Source: Eubacteriales bacterium
Lineage (GTDB): Bacteria > Bacillota > Clostridia > Christensenellales > CAG-138
NCBI GenBank assembly: GCA_034933205.1
Contig: JAYFNY010000018.1
Span: forward strand, 30,394 to 94,393
Direction of reading: 5' to 3'
DNA: 64,000 nt
Numbering within the stretch: position 1 is the first letter of the stretch; the number at the start of each line of letters is the position of its first letter. Positions 8,848-17,815 of the stretch are shown one piece after another. A program made the position numbers and the translations under genes. Below the pieces are notes generated by a model, which searched no databases, was not told the DNA's origin, and was given only the letters and a program-made list of their open reading frames with translations.

Positions 8848-9702
8848 GTGAAGAATATGGATGCATACGGATATTATAACGGTGAATTCGCGCCCCTTCC
8901 GGATTTACGGATACCGGCGCTGGACCGCGCGGTGTATTTCGGCGACGGGGTCTACGAAGCGGTGCGCGTGGACAACCATCGTTTCTTTGCGCTGGAGGAG
9001 CATCTGGATCGTCTGGCGAGCAGTCTGGCGTTTCTGAAGATTCCTTTCTCCATGCCGCGGGAGACGCTGGTTTCGATTCTGCAGGAAGTGGCCGACCGGG
9101 TTCCGGGGGCGCGTCAGCAGCTCTATTTTCAGATCACGCGCGGAACCGCTTTGCGTACGCATGCGTTTCCGGACGGGGTAGAGCCGAACTTGCTTGTATT
9201 TTCACGTGAAGCGCCGCTCAAGGAGATTTCCATTCCACAAAAGGTGGTTGTCTTGCCGGACACTCGCTGGAAGTATTGCAACATAAAAACGCTCAATCTG
9301 ATTCCCGGAGTGCTCGCGGCGCAGACTGCCCGGGAGCGCGGCTGCTGCGAGGCGGTGTTCCACCGGGACGGAGTAGTTACGGAGTGTTCCAGCGCGAATA
9401 TTTTCCTGCTCAAAAACGGTGTTCTCCGTACCGCGCCGGCGGACGAGCGCATCCTCCCCGGAGTAACGCGCGGGCACTTTCTTATGCTGGCACGGAGTAT
9501 GAAGATTCCCGTGGCGGAAGAGGCGTTTACGCTGGAGCAGGCGTTTGAAGCGGATGAGTTGATGATAACGAGTACGAGCGTGCACGGATTGCCGGTTTGC
9601 GAAATGGAAGGCAGGCGCGTCGGAGGGAAGGATCCCGAGCTGCTCAAACGCCTGCAGGATGCGTACCGCGCGTATTATCTGGACCTTGTGGGACGGGAAT
9701 AA
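8848..9702 (+). CDS. dat: D-amino-acid aminotransferase (class IV PLP)
   Basis: DRAVYFGDGVYE, HLDRL, R.H.FP, RW..CNIKTLNL, TECSSANIF, ILPGVTR. Confidence 0.8.
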   Translation: MKNMDAYGYYNGEFAPLPDLRIPALDRAVYFGDGVYEAVRVDNHRFFALEEHLDRLASSLAFLKIPFSMPRETLVSILQEVADRVPGARQQLYFQITRGTALRTHAFPDGVEPNLLVFSREAPLKEISIPQKVVVLPDTRWKYCNIKTLNLIPGVLAAQTARERGCCEAVFHRDGVVTECSSANIFLLKNGVLRTAPADERILPGVTRGHFLMLARSMKIPVAEEAFTLEQAFEADELMITSTSVHGLPVCEMEGRRVGGKDPELLKRLQDAYRAYYLDLVGRE

Positions 9703-9732
9703 CGGTCGGAATAAAAAGCAGGGACGATAAAA

Positions 9733-9815
9733 AATCGGCGCTCCGGTTTGTAAAAACCGAAGCGCCGATTCAGTCTGTCAAAAAAGTCCCATTATTGGGA
9801 CTTTGAATTGACGGC
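9733..9815. repeat. Terminator hairpin followed by short MITE-end remnant (cagtctgtcaaaaaag...)
   Basis: Hairpin aatcggcgctccggttt...aaaccgaagcgccgatt, then at 9771 the same 16 bp end as the element at 15891. Confidence 0.6.
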
Positions 9816-9822
9816 AGAAGAA

Positions 9823-10413
9823 TCAGATCTGCGATACGGGGTCGTCGTTTGAAATGAGAACCGCGCGGCAGGGCGCACCTTCCGCACCGGAAATTTTCAG
9901 CGGGGCGGCGCTGAGCAGGTACTTACCGTCCGGTACGCCGCGCAGTTCAAGATTTTCCAGCACGACGATACCATAGCCGAGCAGAGCGGTATGCGCGGAA
10001 AGTTCGTCCGAATAGGAACCGATGGACTGGCTGTCCGTACCGATAAGAACGAGTCCCTGGTTATAGAGGTAACCGATTGCGCTTTCGGTGAGCTGGCCTT
10101 TTCCATGCAGAAGGACGCGCGGCGCGAACGGGCGCTTCATGAAGTACATTGCGTCAAGCGGCGTTTTCGGCACCGTCAGCACAACGCAATCGCCCACGAA
10201 AAGATCGAGGGGGAGCGAAGCGATATCCTTGCCGCTCTGAATGAAATGCAGCGGGGCGTCCACGTGCGTTCCCGCGTGCATGCTCGCTTCGAGACGGGAC
10301 AGATTGTAGCTTTCGCCGTCCTTCATACGGTGAACGGCGCGGAGCGACGGCGGGTCGTCGCCCGGGTAGGGGGGCGTGCGCAGAAGGTCGCGGGATATAT
10401 CGTAAACTTTCAT
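9823..10413 (-). CDS. Cyclase / kynurenine formamidase (KynB-like) family
   Basis: YPGD, HAGTHVDAPLHF, IGTDSQS, H..LL, ENL, GAEGAPCRA. Confidence 0.85.
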   Translation of the reverse strand: MKVYDISRDLLRTPPYPGDDPPSLRAVHRMKDGESYNLSRLEASMHAGTHVDAPLHFIQSGKDIASLPLDLFVGDCVVLTVPKTPLDAMYFMKRPFAPRVLLHGKGQLTESAIGYLYNQGLVLIGTDSQSIGSYSDELSAHTALLGYGIVVLENLELRGVPDGKYLLSAAPLKISGAEGAPCRAVLISNDDPVSQI

Positions 10414-10594
10414 GAATCGTCCTGTCCTTTTTTATTTTGCGGGGTCACCGGATCACAAATTCGCCGGCTGATTCTTTCGCAACAAACCTCATTATACGTT
10501 TACCGCGCCGGAAACGTAAAGGCTTTTCTTCCCCGCGGCGAACGACTGCGAAAAAAATCCCCCGCGTCTCGCGGGGGGAAGAGCGTTTTGCATG

Positions 10595-11902
10595 CTATTC
10601 GTTTCGGATTGCGGCAAGCGGCGATAGCTTCATGGCGCGGATCGCCGGATACATACCGGCGGCCAACGCTACGACAATAGAAAAGCCGACCGCGCCGAAC
10701 GCCAGATATGCGGGGATGATGCTGCGAAGTCCGCTGCTTGCCAGCAACTGATTCAGCAGCAGGGAAATGCCGAAACTCAGTCCGAGTCCCAGCGCGCCGC
10801 CAAACAGACCGATGTACGCGGATTCCGCCAGAAACAGACCCGCGATATTGTCGATGCGGCACCCGAGCACCTTGATGATGCCGATTTCTTTGGTTCGTTC
10901 AAAAATACTCATCATCATCGTGTTCATAATCCCGATTGCGGCGACAAGCAGAGCGACTCCGCCGATGGCGCCAAGAAGGTATTGCACGTTTTTCGTGCTT
11001 TCCTCCGCCATTTCAACAGCGTCCTGCAAGCTGTAGGTTCCGTAACCCATGTCCTGAATGGCGTTCTTGACGGTTTTTACGTCTTCGATGTCCTTGCATT
11101 TTACCAGGACGGTGTTGTATTTGCTGCCGTCAAAATTGACGTAATCCTTATTGGCCTTGGCGAGCTTTTCCAACTGGCTTATCTCCATGAGGCAGTAGTA
11201 GGAAAAGTCGTTGTTGTCCTGATCCATGATGCCGGTTACCTTGAGCGTGTAAAGAGCGGCAAGCGGCTTCTCTTTCGTCGTATCGTCCGAAGACGTTATG
11301 ACAACCTGATTCCGATAAACATTGCGATAGTCAAATGTCAGCTCCATGCGGGAATCCTTCGTGATACGGGGATTTCCGTTCTTATCGACCGCTTGCCGTC
11401 CGGTGTCCGGATTATAGAAATTGTTCAGAGCCCAGGCGCCAAGAACGATTTCATAGGTGTTCGGACTGCCGGTGCCGGGAAGGTCGCCTTCGGACAGCGT
11501 GATTCCAAACTCCTCCGCCTGCTCGGCGGTTACACCGAGAATGGAGGCGTCCGTCATGTAGTTGCCGGATTTGATCATGCCATAGGTTTCCACAAGCGGC
11601 ATAACGGATTGCACACCCGCGAGCTTCTTGATTTCAGCCAGCGATTTCTTGTTCAGTTCCTTCTGGCGGGACGATCCGCCGTTGCCGCTGGACACATAGG
11701 ACCAGGAGTTTACGCGGATAGTTGTCAGACTGCCCGTTCCGGCAAAACTGTCGATGGTCGCCTGCTTGATGCCGATGCCGAGGGAAACCATCACGACGAT
11801 GGACGCCACGCCGATGACCATGCCGAGCACGGTGAGGAACGCGCGCATTTTCCGCCGCCACAGATTCAGGAATGCTGTGGACAGCATATCTGTGATACTC
11901 AT
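10595..11902 (-). CDS. ABC transporter permease, MacB/FtsX family
   Basis: RAFLTVLGMVIGVASIV; VAAIGIMNTMMMSIFERTKEIGIIKVLG; YPAIRAMKLSP. Confidence 0.9.
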   Translation of the reverse strand: MSITDMLSTAFLNLWRRKMRAFLTVLGMVIGVASIVVMVSLGIGIKQATIDSFAGTGSLTTIRVNSWSYVSSGNGGSSRQKELNKKSLAEIKKLAGVQSVMPLVETYGMIKSGNYMTDASILGVTAEQAEEFGITLSEGDLPGTGSPNTYEIVLGAWALNNFYNPDTGRQAVDKNGNPRITKDSRMELTFDYRNVYRNQVVITSSDDTTKEKPLAALYTLKVTGIMDQDNNDFSYYCLMEISQLEKLAKANKDYVNFDGSKYNTVLVKCKDIEDVKTVKNAIQDMGYGTYSLQDAVEMAEESTKNVQYLLGAIGGVALLVAAIGIMNTMMMSIFERTKEIGIIKVLGCRIDNIAGLFLAESAYIGLFGGALGLGLSFGISLLLNQLLASSGLRSIIPAYLAFGAVGFSIVVALAAGMYPAIRAMKLSPLAAIRNE

Positions 11903-11935
11903 TTCTCCTCCAGTTGCGCGTACTGCGCCGGATAC

Positions 11936-13354
11936 TTATAGATCTTCCAGTGCGCGTTCACGTTTTTTCTTGAGACGGATAAAGAGGACAATGAGACCCG
12001 CTATGACGACTGCGCCGATCAGCGTCCAGATGATCCAGCCGGCACCGCCGTTGGTGGGCTGGGTGGAAGGCGCTTCCATACCGTCCCCGGGAGAGGCGAC
12101 GGTGGAGGGAGCTTCCTCGTTGACGGTCATATGCAGCGGAAGCAGTTCTTCGGTCTGATTTCCGTAAACGTCCTCATAGGTAACGCGGATTTTTGCGTCG
12201 ATATCACCGCCAACGTTCGGAGTAACGCTGAGATCTGCGTTCATGGAACTGCCGGATGCAACATTGCCTCCAAAATACGTTTCTTCCAGCGTCAGACTGT
12301 CGCTGACAACATCGACCATACAGTTGTACAGCGGCGATTTGCCGAGGTTATAGAGCGTTACGCCCATGGACACGGTGCTGCCGACCCATGGATCGTCGTA
12401 GATCACCGGATCGTTGATGCGGACACGCGCCTTTTGCAGAATGGGAACGTTGACGCTGGCTTTTTCCTCAAAATCGGAGCGGTTCTTCGTTCCCTCATAG
12501 GAGAGGGTAACGGCAAGCACCTGAGACTTCGCTTCCGCATCCGGCGCGATCTGCAGATCGACGGTCAGGGCGCGGACGCCGTTTTTCGGAATCGTACCAA
12601 GATAGATGCTGCTCGATCCGCCGGGCGCGGGAATGACCGCACCGCTCTCGCAGGCGTAGTCGAGCTGGAGGTTCGTGACCGCTTCGCGGTTGGAGGTGTT
12701 TGCCACCACAAGACGCAGCTGGACGACGTCGCCCGCGTAAATCGGGTTTTGTTCAAATTCGTACGCTTCGATAATGACTTTCGGTTTGCTCTTGTAACTC
12801 GTACCGCCGGAGCTGGACCCGGAGCTGGAGGTGTCTACGCCGCGGCAGTAGACATTGACATAGACGGTACTGGTTCCGCCATCATACTTGATGGTAAACG
12901 GGATTTTGTAATAATCTGCGCTTGCCCCGCTACCGAACGTAGCGTCCATCTTGAAGTATGCGTGTTCACCGGCGTCGAGAGCGTCCCCATTCCAAGCGAC
13001 CAGCGTACTGGTTGCGGCATCGGCGATTTGATAGGCTTTTCCGTCCAGTGTCGTTTCGCCTTCGGCCGGACTCTCAAAGGGGAAAGTAGTAACGTCCGAA
13101 GAGACCGGAAGAGAGCAAGAAACGTTGGTCAGCGTTCCACCACTTGTATTTATGACTGGGATATAGATGGAAATTGTATCACCTACGTGGCCAGCCGGTG
13201 TTTGAAGGTAGCCGCTTTCGCGACTGTCGACAATGCTGTCTCCATTGTATAGGGAAACCTCATCGTCCGCCAGCGCGGAGAACGGCAGGGCGGTCAGCGC
13301 GAGCGCCAGCGTTACAAGAAGCGCCAAGAGTTTTATTCTACCGGTTTTTCCCAT
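11936..13354 (-). CDS. Secreted Ig-like repeat protein (COG1361-like) with C-terminal TM anchor
   Basis: Signal peptide; KPKVII..Y; SSIYLGTI; YNLGKSPLYN; YFGGNVASG; TYED.YG; TM followed by KKKR; embedded in ABC operon. Confidence 0.65.
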   Translation of the reverse strand: MGKTGRIKLLALLVTLALALTALPFSALADDEVSLYNGDSIVDSRESGYLQTPAGHVGDTISIYIPVINTSGGTLTNVSCSLPVSSDVTTFPFESPAEGETTLDGKAYQIADAATSTLVAWNGDALDAGEHAYFKMDATFGSGASADYYKIPFTIKYDGGTSTVYVNVYCRGVDTSSSGSSSGGTSYKSKPKVIIEAYEFEQNPIYAGDVVQLRLVVANTSNREAVTNLQLDYACESGAVIPAPGGSSSIYLGTIPKNGVRALTVDLQIAPDAEAKSQVLAVTLSYEGTKNRSDFEEKASVNVPILQKARVRINDPVIYDDPWVGSTVSMGVTLYNLGKSPLYNCMVDVVSDSLTLEETYFGGNVASGSSMNADLSVTPNVGGDIDAKIRVTYEDVYGNQTEELLPLHMTVNEEAPSTVASPGDGMEAPSTQPTNGGAGWIIWTLIGAVVIAGLIVLFIRLKKKRERALEDL

Positions 13355-13355
13355 G

Positions 13356-14099
13356 TTATTGCACCTCAGTTTCCTGAATGTTGTGTTTAAAGAGATTCTT
13401 TGCGTCGGGGTTGATCTCGATCTCGGTAATCTGTCCGTCGAGCAGGCGAATTATTTTATCGCCAAAGTCGGCAATGTGCTGATCGTGCGTGACCATGACA
13501 AGCGTTTTCTTCTGTTCGCGCAGGATTTCGATGATGACGCGCATGACTTCGTCCGAGGTATTCGAGTCGAGGTTGCCCGTCGGTTCGTCCGCAAAAACGA
13601 TTTCCGGGTTTGTGACGAGTGCGCGCGCAATGCCCACGCGCTGCTGCTGGCCGCCGGAAAGCTCGCTCGGTTTGTGCTTCATATGCGTTTCCAATCCGAC
13701 GAGCTCAAGCATGCGTTCCGCGCGCTTGATTCGCGCCGCGGCGGGAACGCCGCGAAAGGAAAGCGGCAACGCGACGTTTTCCAGTGCCGTATAGTAGGGC
13801 ATGAGGTTGAACGACTGGAAGATGAATCCGATATGCCTCTGCCGGAATACGATCAGTTCGCCCTGCGTCATGCGCTCCAGGTGCTTGCCGGAAATCACAA
13901 TCTCGCCCGAGGTGACTTTTTCCAGCCCGGCGAGTACGTTCAGAAGCGTGGATTTGCCGGACCCGCTGCGCCCAATGATGGAGCAGATGTCGCCTTGGGC
14001 GATCTGAAGGCTTGCGCCGCGCAGCGCATGCACGTCCACGGAACCGACGTGGTAAGTTTTTTTGACGTCTCGAACGTCGATCAGCGCAGTTTCCTGCAT
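13356..14099 (-). CDS. ABC transporter ATP-binding protein (LolD/MacB type)
   Basis: GRSGSGKST, LSGGQQQRVGIARAL, ADEPTGNLD, VTHD. Confidence 0.95.
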   Translation of the reverse strand: MQETALIDVRDVKKTYHVGSVDVHALRGASLQIAQGDICSIIGRSGSGKSTLLNVLAGLEKVTSGEIVISGKHLERMTQGELIVFRQRHIGFIFQSFNLMPYYTALENVALPLSFRGVPAAARIKRAERMLELVGLETHMKHKPSELSGGQQQRVGIARALVTNPEIVFADEPTGNLDSNTSDEVMRVIIEILREQKKTLVMVTHDQHIADFGDKIIRLLDGQITEIEINPDAKNLFKHNIQETEVQ

Positions 14100-14145
14100 G
14101 GTTCCTCCAGAGTAAAAAGTGTATTACTCGTACTAATACGCATGC

Positions 14146-14175
14146 ATCATACTCCACTTACCGGGGCCGTGTCAA
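14146..14175 (-). promoter_or_regulatory. SigA-type promoter of ABC operon
   Basis: TTGACA-18-TATGAT on the minus strand, ~45 bp upstream of ATG. Confidence 0.55.
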
Positions 14176-14918
14176 CGCCGGAGCCCGGCTGAAATGAAAA
14201 ACAAATGCGAACTTCGCAGGAATTCTCTGAAAAACTTCGGCGCGGGAAGCGCAACGGCGTGGGAGAAGTTTGAAATATGCAAGCGAGGATGGCCGAAACG
14301 GATTCCGGCGGATGGACCAGGCAGGAGGCTCGAACGAAGAAACGATGATTTTTATCGATAAAGCTTGAAAGACCGGAGTAACTTTGGTAGGATAGATGAA
14401 ATACTTGTATCTAGAGGCAAAAGACGGAATGAAAGCGGCACTGGAACAAAGGATTTCTTTTTTCCGCAGTCGTCGCGGCGGTTCGCAGGCGGCTTTCTTT
14501 GGTGCGCGCCGCGTGGCGTTCCGTTCGTTTTGCGCCGGATTCCGCGCTCCCATGCGAATGCGACAGCACGCGGAGCAGGCGAACGCGGCGATCTGCTTTT
14601 CGTAAGGAAGGCGATCCTGCGGCCGATCAGGTATTTTGCGCCCACCTGTGGGGAAGATTCGTCATTGTAGCGTGCGAAGTTGAATTGTATAGAGTCGGGC
14701 GCCGACGGCTGCTCCGGCATTTGCGCAGAATTGCGGAAAGCGGAGGCCGAACGGCGATTTTTTATATCCAAATTTTCGAAAACGGATTCTGAAAAGTCGC
14801 AATTTGTTCTGTTCTGCGTTCCGCATCGATAGAAAGCGCCGAAGCATGCCGTATTTCACAAGGGCTTTTGTTTTGCTTACGATACAGCATAAATAACGGA
14901 AAGTGAAGGATAAAATAG

Positions 14919-15851
14919 ATGCCGATTAAAATACCGGACGGTCTGCCCGCGGGCGACCTGCTTGCTCAGGAGAATATTTTCGTTATGCCGCAGCAGCGCG
15001 CGGCGAGCCAGGATATCCGCCCGCTGCGCATTGCGATTATGAACCTTATGCCCACGAAACAGGCGACGGAAACGCAGATCCTGCGGTTACTAGCCAACAC
15101 GCCGCTCCAGGTGGAAGTGGCTCTGCTGCATACCGGCAGTTACCAGAGCCAGAATATTTCGCAGGATTACCTGGATTCGTTCTATCGCACGTTTGACGAA
15201 GTGAAGGATGAGCATTTCGACGGGCTCGTGATTACGGGCGCGCCGGTGGAAAATCTCGATTTTACAGACGTGCAGTATTGGGACGAGCTGGTCCGGCTGA
15301 TGGACTGGGCGGACCGTAACGTGTTTTCCACGCTTTATATCTGCTGGGCGGCGCAGGCGGGGTTGTACCATTTCTATGGTGTGGAGAAGCATCCGCTCAA
15401 CAAAAAGATGTTTGGTATTTTTCCGCATGTGGTGCTCGACCGTTCCCACAAACTTGTACGCGGGTTCGACGAGCAGTTTATGGCGCCCCATTCCCGGCAT
15501 ACGACGATCTATGTTTCCGACGCGGCGAAGATTCGCGATCTCGATATCCTTGCCACTTCGCAGGAAGCGGGGCTGTATCTCGCCGCTTCGCAGGACGGAC
15601 GGCGGGTATTCGTTACCGGACACAGCGAGTACGACGCCAAGACGCTGGAGCTGGAATACCGGCGCGATCTTGCGGCCGGAAAATCCATCCAGATACCAAA
15701 GAACTATTATCCAAACGACGACGATACGCTTCAGCCTGTGATCACATGGCGTGCGCACGGCGCGCTGCTGTTTGCCAACTGGCTGAACTACTTTGTGTAT
15801 CAGGAAACGCCGTACGATATCAACGCAATCACGGGGCAGCACGGAGAATAA
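14919..15851 (+). CDS. metA: Homoserine O-acyltransferase MetA (likely acetyl-specific)
   Basis: [57 protein letters not shown]. Confidence 0.95.
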   Translation: MPIKIPDGLPAGDLLAQENIFVMPQQRAASQDIRPLRIAIMNLMPTKQATETQILRLLANTPLQVEVALLHTGSYQSQNISQDYLDSFYRTFDEVKDEHFDGLVITGAPVENLDFTDVQYWDELVRLMDWADRNVFSTLYICWAAQAGLYHFYGVEKHPLNKKMFGIFPHVVLDRSHKLVRGFDEQFMAPHSRHTTIYVSDAAKIRDLDILATSQEAGLYLAASQDGRRVFVTGHSEYDAKTLELEYRRDLAAGKSIQIPKNYYPNDDDTLQPVITWRAHGALLFANWLNYFVYQETPYDINAITGQHGE

Positions 15852-15867
15852 GGGATAAAACAGCGAA

Positions 15868-16106
15868 CGCGGCTCCCGCAAGGGAGCCGTCAGTCTGTCA
15901 AAAAAGCTTCTAGGATTGTTAAGGGCCGTAGCCCTTAACCCGTTTTTTCCGGCTGCGCCGGTTCATCCGGCGCAACGGATCGCCCGTTAGGGCGGTTTCC
16001 TTGTGCTCTTTTCCGCTCGTAAGGCAGAAGGCCGAAAGGAAAAGAGCGGTTGTCCCGTCAAAAAACGAGTTTTTTGACGGTCTCGCGGCTCCCGCAAGGG
16101 AGCCGT
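15868..16106. mobile_element. Non-autonomous MITE-like element (15891-16083) flanked by a 23 bp direct repeat of the metA terminator hairpin
   Basis: DR cgcggctcccgcaagggagccgt at 15868-15890 and 16084-16106; imperfect TIR agtctgtcaaaaaa / ttttttgacggtct; no ORF inside. Confidence 0.75.
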
Positions 16107-16153
16107 TTTTGTGCTAAAATATTGGAATCAGTCAGGCAAGAGGAGGCAACCGG

Positions 16154-17446
16154 ATGCCGGAACTGCCAGAGGCATATCGCGCGCGCATGCGCGGGCAATT
16201 GGGCGAAGCGGAGTTTGCCGCGTACCTTCGCGCAATGGAGTCGTACCCGAAGCGCGCGCTGCGCGTCAACACGCTGAAAACGAATACGGAAACCTTCCGT
16301 GAAAAAGCGGATTTCCCACTTTTCCCGACGGGTCTTTTACCGGAAAGTTTCTTTTTCGAAGATTCCGTTGCCATTGGCAAACACCCGCTGCACGCGGCGG
16401 GGCTTTGCTATGTGCAGGAACCCTCTGCGCAGACGCCCGCGACGCTCTCCGGCGCGAAGCCGGGACTGGCGGTGCTCGACCTTTGCGCTGCGCCCGGCGG
16501 AAAGACGACGCAACTTGCCGCTCTGATGCGAAACACCGGTGTTCTTGTTGCCAACGAACCGGTGCGTTCCCGCGCGGAAACGCTGGTAGGGAACCTTGAG
16601 CGCCTCGGCGTGCGAAACACGATTGTTACCTGCATGCGCCCGGATGCGCTGGCGGCGTTAACCGGCCCGTGTTTCGACGTGGTGCTGGTGGATGCGCCCT
16701 GCTCGGGCGAGGGGATGTTTCGCAAGGACGAAATCGCAATTCGTGAGTGGTCGGAAGAGCATGTGCTTGCCTGCGCCGTTCGTCAGGGGCAGATCCTTTC
16801 GAGCGCCGCGCGGATGCTTCAGCCGGGCGGGCGGCTCGTTTACTCGACCTGCACATTTTCACAGGCCGAAAACGAGGGCGTGATCGCTTCGTTCCTGTCG
16901 GGGAACCCGGATTTTCGGTGGATCGAACAACGGCGGATGTATCCGCATTCGTCCCCCGGCGAAGGACAGTTTATGGCGGCGCTGGAACGCGAAGGAACGC
17001 GCCGCAACGCCGCCGGTATGTTTATCGCACCGAAAACGGAACGTGTACCGGCGTTTGAAACATTCTGGCGCGAGACGTTTGTCGGCGAACCGCCGGAAAC
17101 ATTGCTTTTGCCGGACGGACGGGTGTTGCTGCCACCGAAACAGCTGCCGCGCGGTTTCCGGGGATTGCAGATCCTGCGCGCGGGCGTGCTCGCGGGCGAG
17201 CTGAAGAACGGGCGCTTTTCACCCGATCATGCCCTCGTGATGGCGTATCCTGCGGAGTCTTTTTTACGCGCTGTTTCGCTTTCGGATCGGGAACTGGTTC
17301 GCTTTCTCGCAGGGGAAACGGCAACCTGCGCGCTCTCGCTGCGCGGTTGGTGTGCCGTGACGGCGTTCGGATTCCCCGTCGGCTGGGGCAAGGCCGTGGA
17401 CGGGGTTTTGAAAAATCATATTCCGAAAGGGCTTCGGATACGGTAA
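16154..17446 (+). CDS. rsmF: RsmF/NOL1/NOP2/Sun family RNA m5C methyltransferase
   Basis: YVQEPSA, DLCAAPGGKT, LVDAPCSGEGMFRKD, YSTCTF, LKNHIPKGLR. Confidence 0.9.
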   Translation: MPELPEAYRARMRGQLGEAEFAAYLRAMESYPKRALRVNTLKTNTETFREKADFPLFPTGLLPESFFFEDSVAIGKHPLHAAGLCYVQEPSAQTPATLSGAKPGLAVLDLCAAPGGKTTQLAALMRNTGVLVANEPVRSRAETLVGNLERLGVRNTIVTCMRPDALAALTGPCFDVVLVDAPCSGEGMFRKDEIAIREWSEEHVLACAVRQGQILSSAARMLQPGGRLVYSTCTFSQAENEGVIASFLSGNPDFRWIEQRRMYPHSSPGEGQFMAALEREGTRRNAAGMFIAPKTERVPAFETFWRETFVGEPPETLLLPDGRVLLPPKQLPRGFRGLQILRAGVLAGELKNGRFSPDHALVMAYPAESFLRAVSLSDRELVRFLAGETATCALSLRGWCAVTAFGFPVGWGKAVDGVLKNHIPKGLRIR

Positions 17447-17587
17447 AAACCTTCTCTTCTTACACAAGGAAGGGGAAGCGACAGGATGTTCTGCTCCTCT
17501 AGCGAGATGCGGATTTTCGGCAGGGACTTTTTCTGTCTCTCCTTTTCGTGAGGAACCAAAAGAGCTCCAGCCGTAACAACAACGTAC

Positions 17588-17815
17588 TCATGCGTCGACA
17601 AACCATTTTGGGTCCTCGTAGTAAAGATAGGCGTCTTTTCGTCCGATATGGCAGGTATAGCGAATGCCGCTGCCGCCTGCCTTGAGGCTTGCCGCGCGCC
17701 GCACGTCCGAAATGGATGTGATTTCGAATTTCCGTCCATCCTCCCAGACGATCTGCCGGGGATGCATGATCCCCTCCTCGTCAACGGTGAGCTCCACCGC
17801 AACATAGACTTTCAT
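17588..17815 (-). CDS. Small conserved protein translationally coupled to dinB
   Basis: 75 aa; overlaps dinB stop (ATGA); G...P..I.WEDG..FEI..I.DVRRAASLKAGG.GIRYTC...LYYE..KWFV. Confidence 0.75.
   Translation of the reverse strand: MKVYVAVELTVDEEGIMHPRQIVWEDGRKFEITSISDVRRAASLKAGGSGIRYTCHIGRKDAYLYYEDPKWFVDA

Noticed and set aside
17447..17587. Possible repeat remnant between rsmF and the dinB cassette
   Set aside because: It has only weak hairpins and no second copy in the window.
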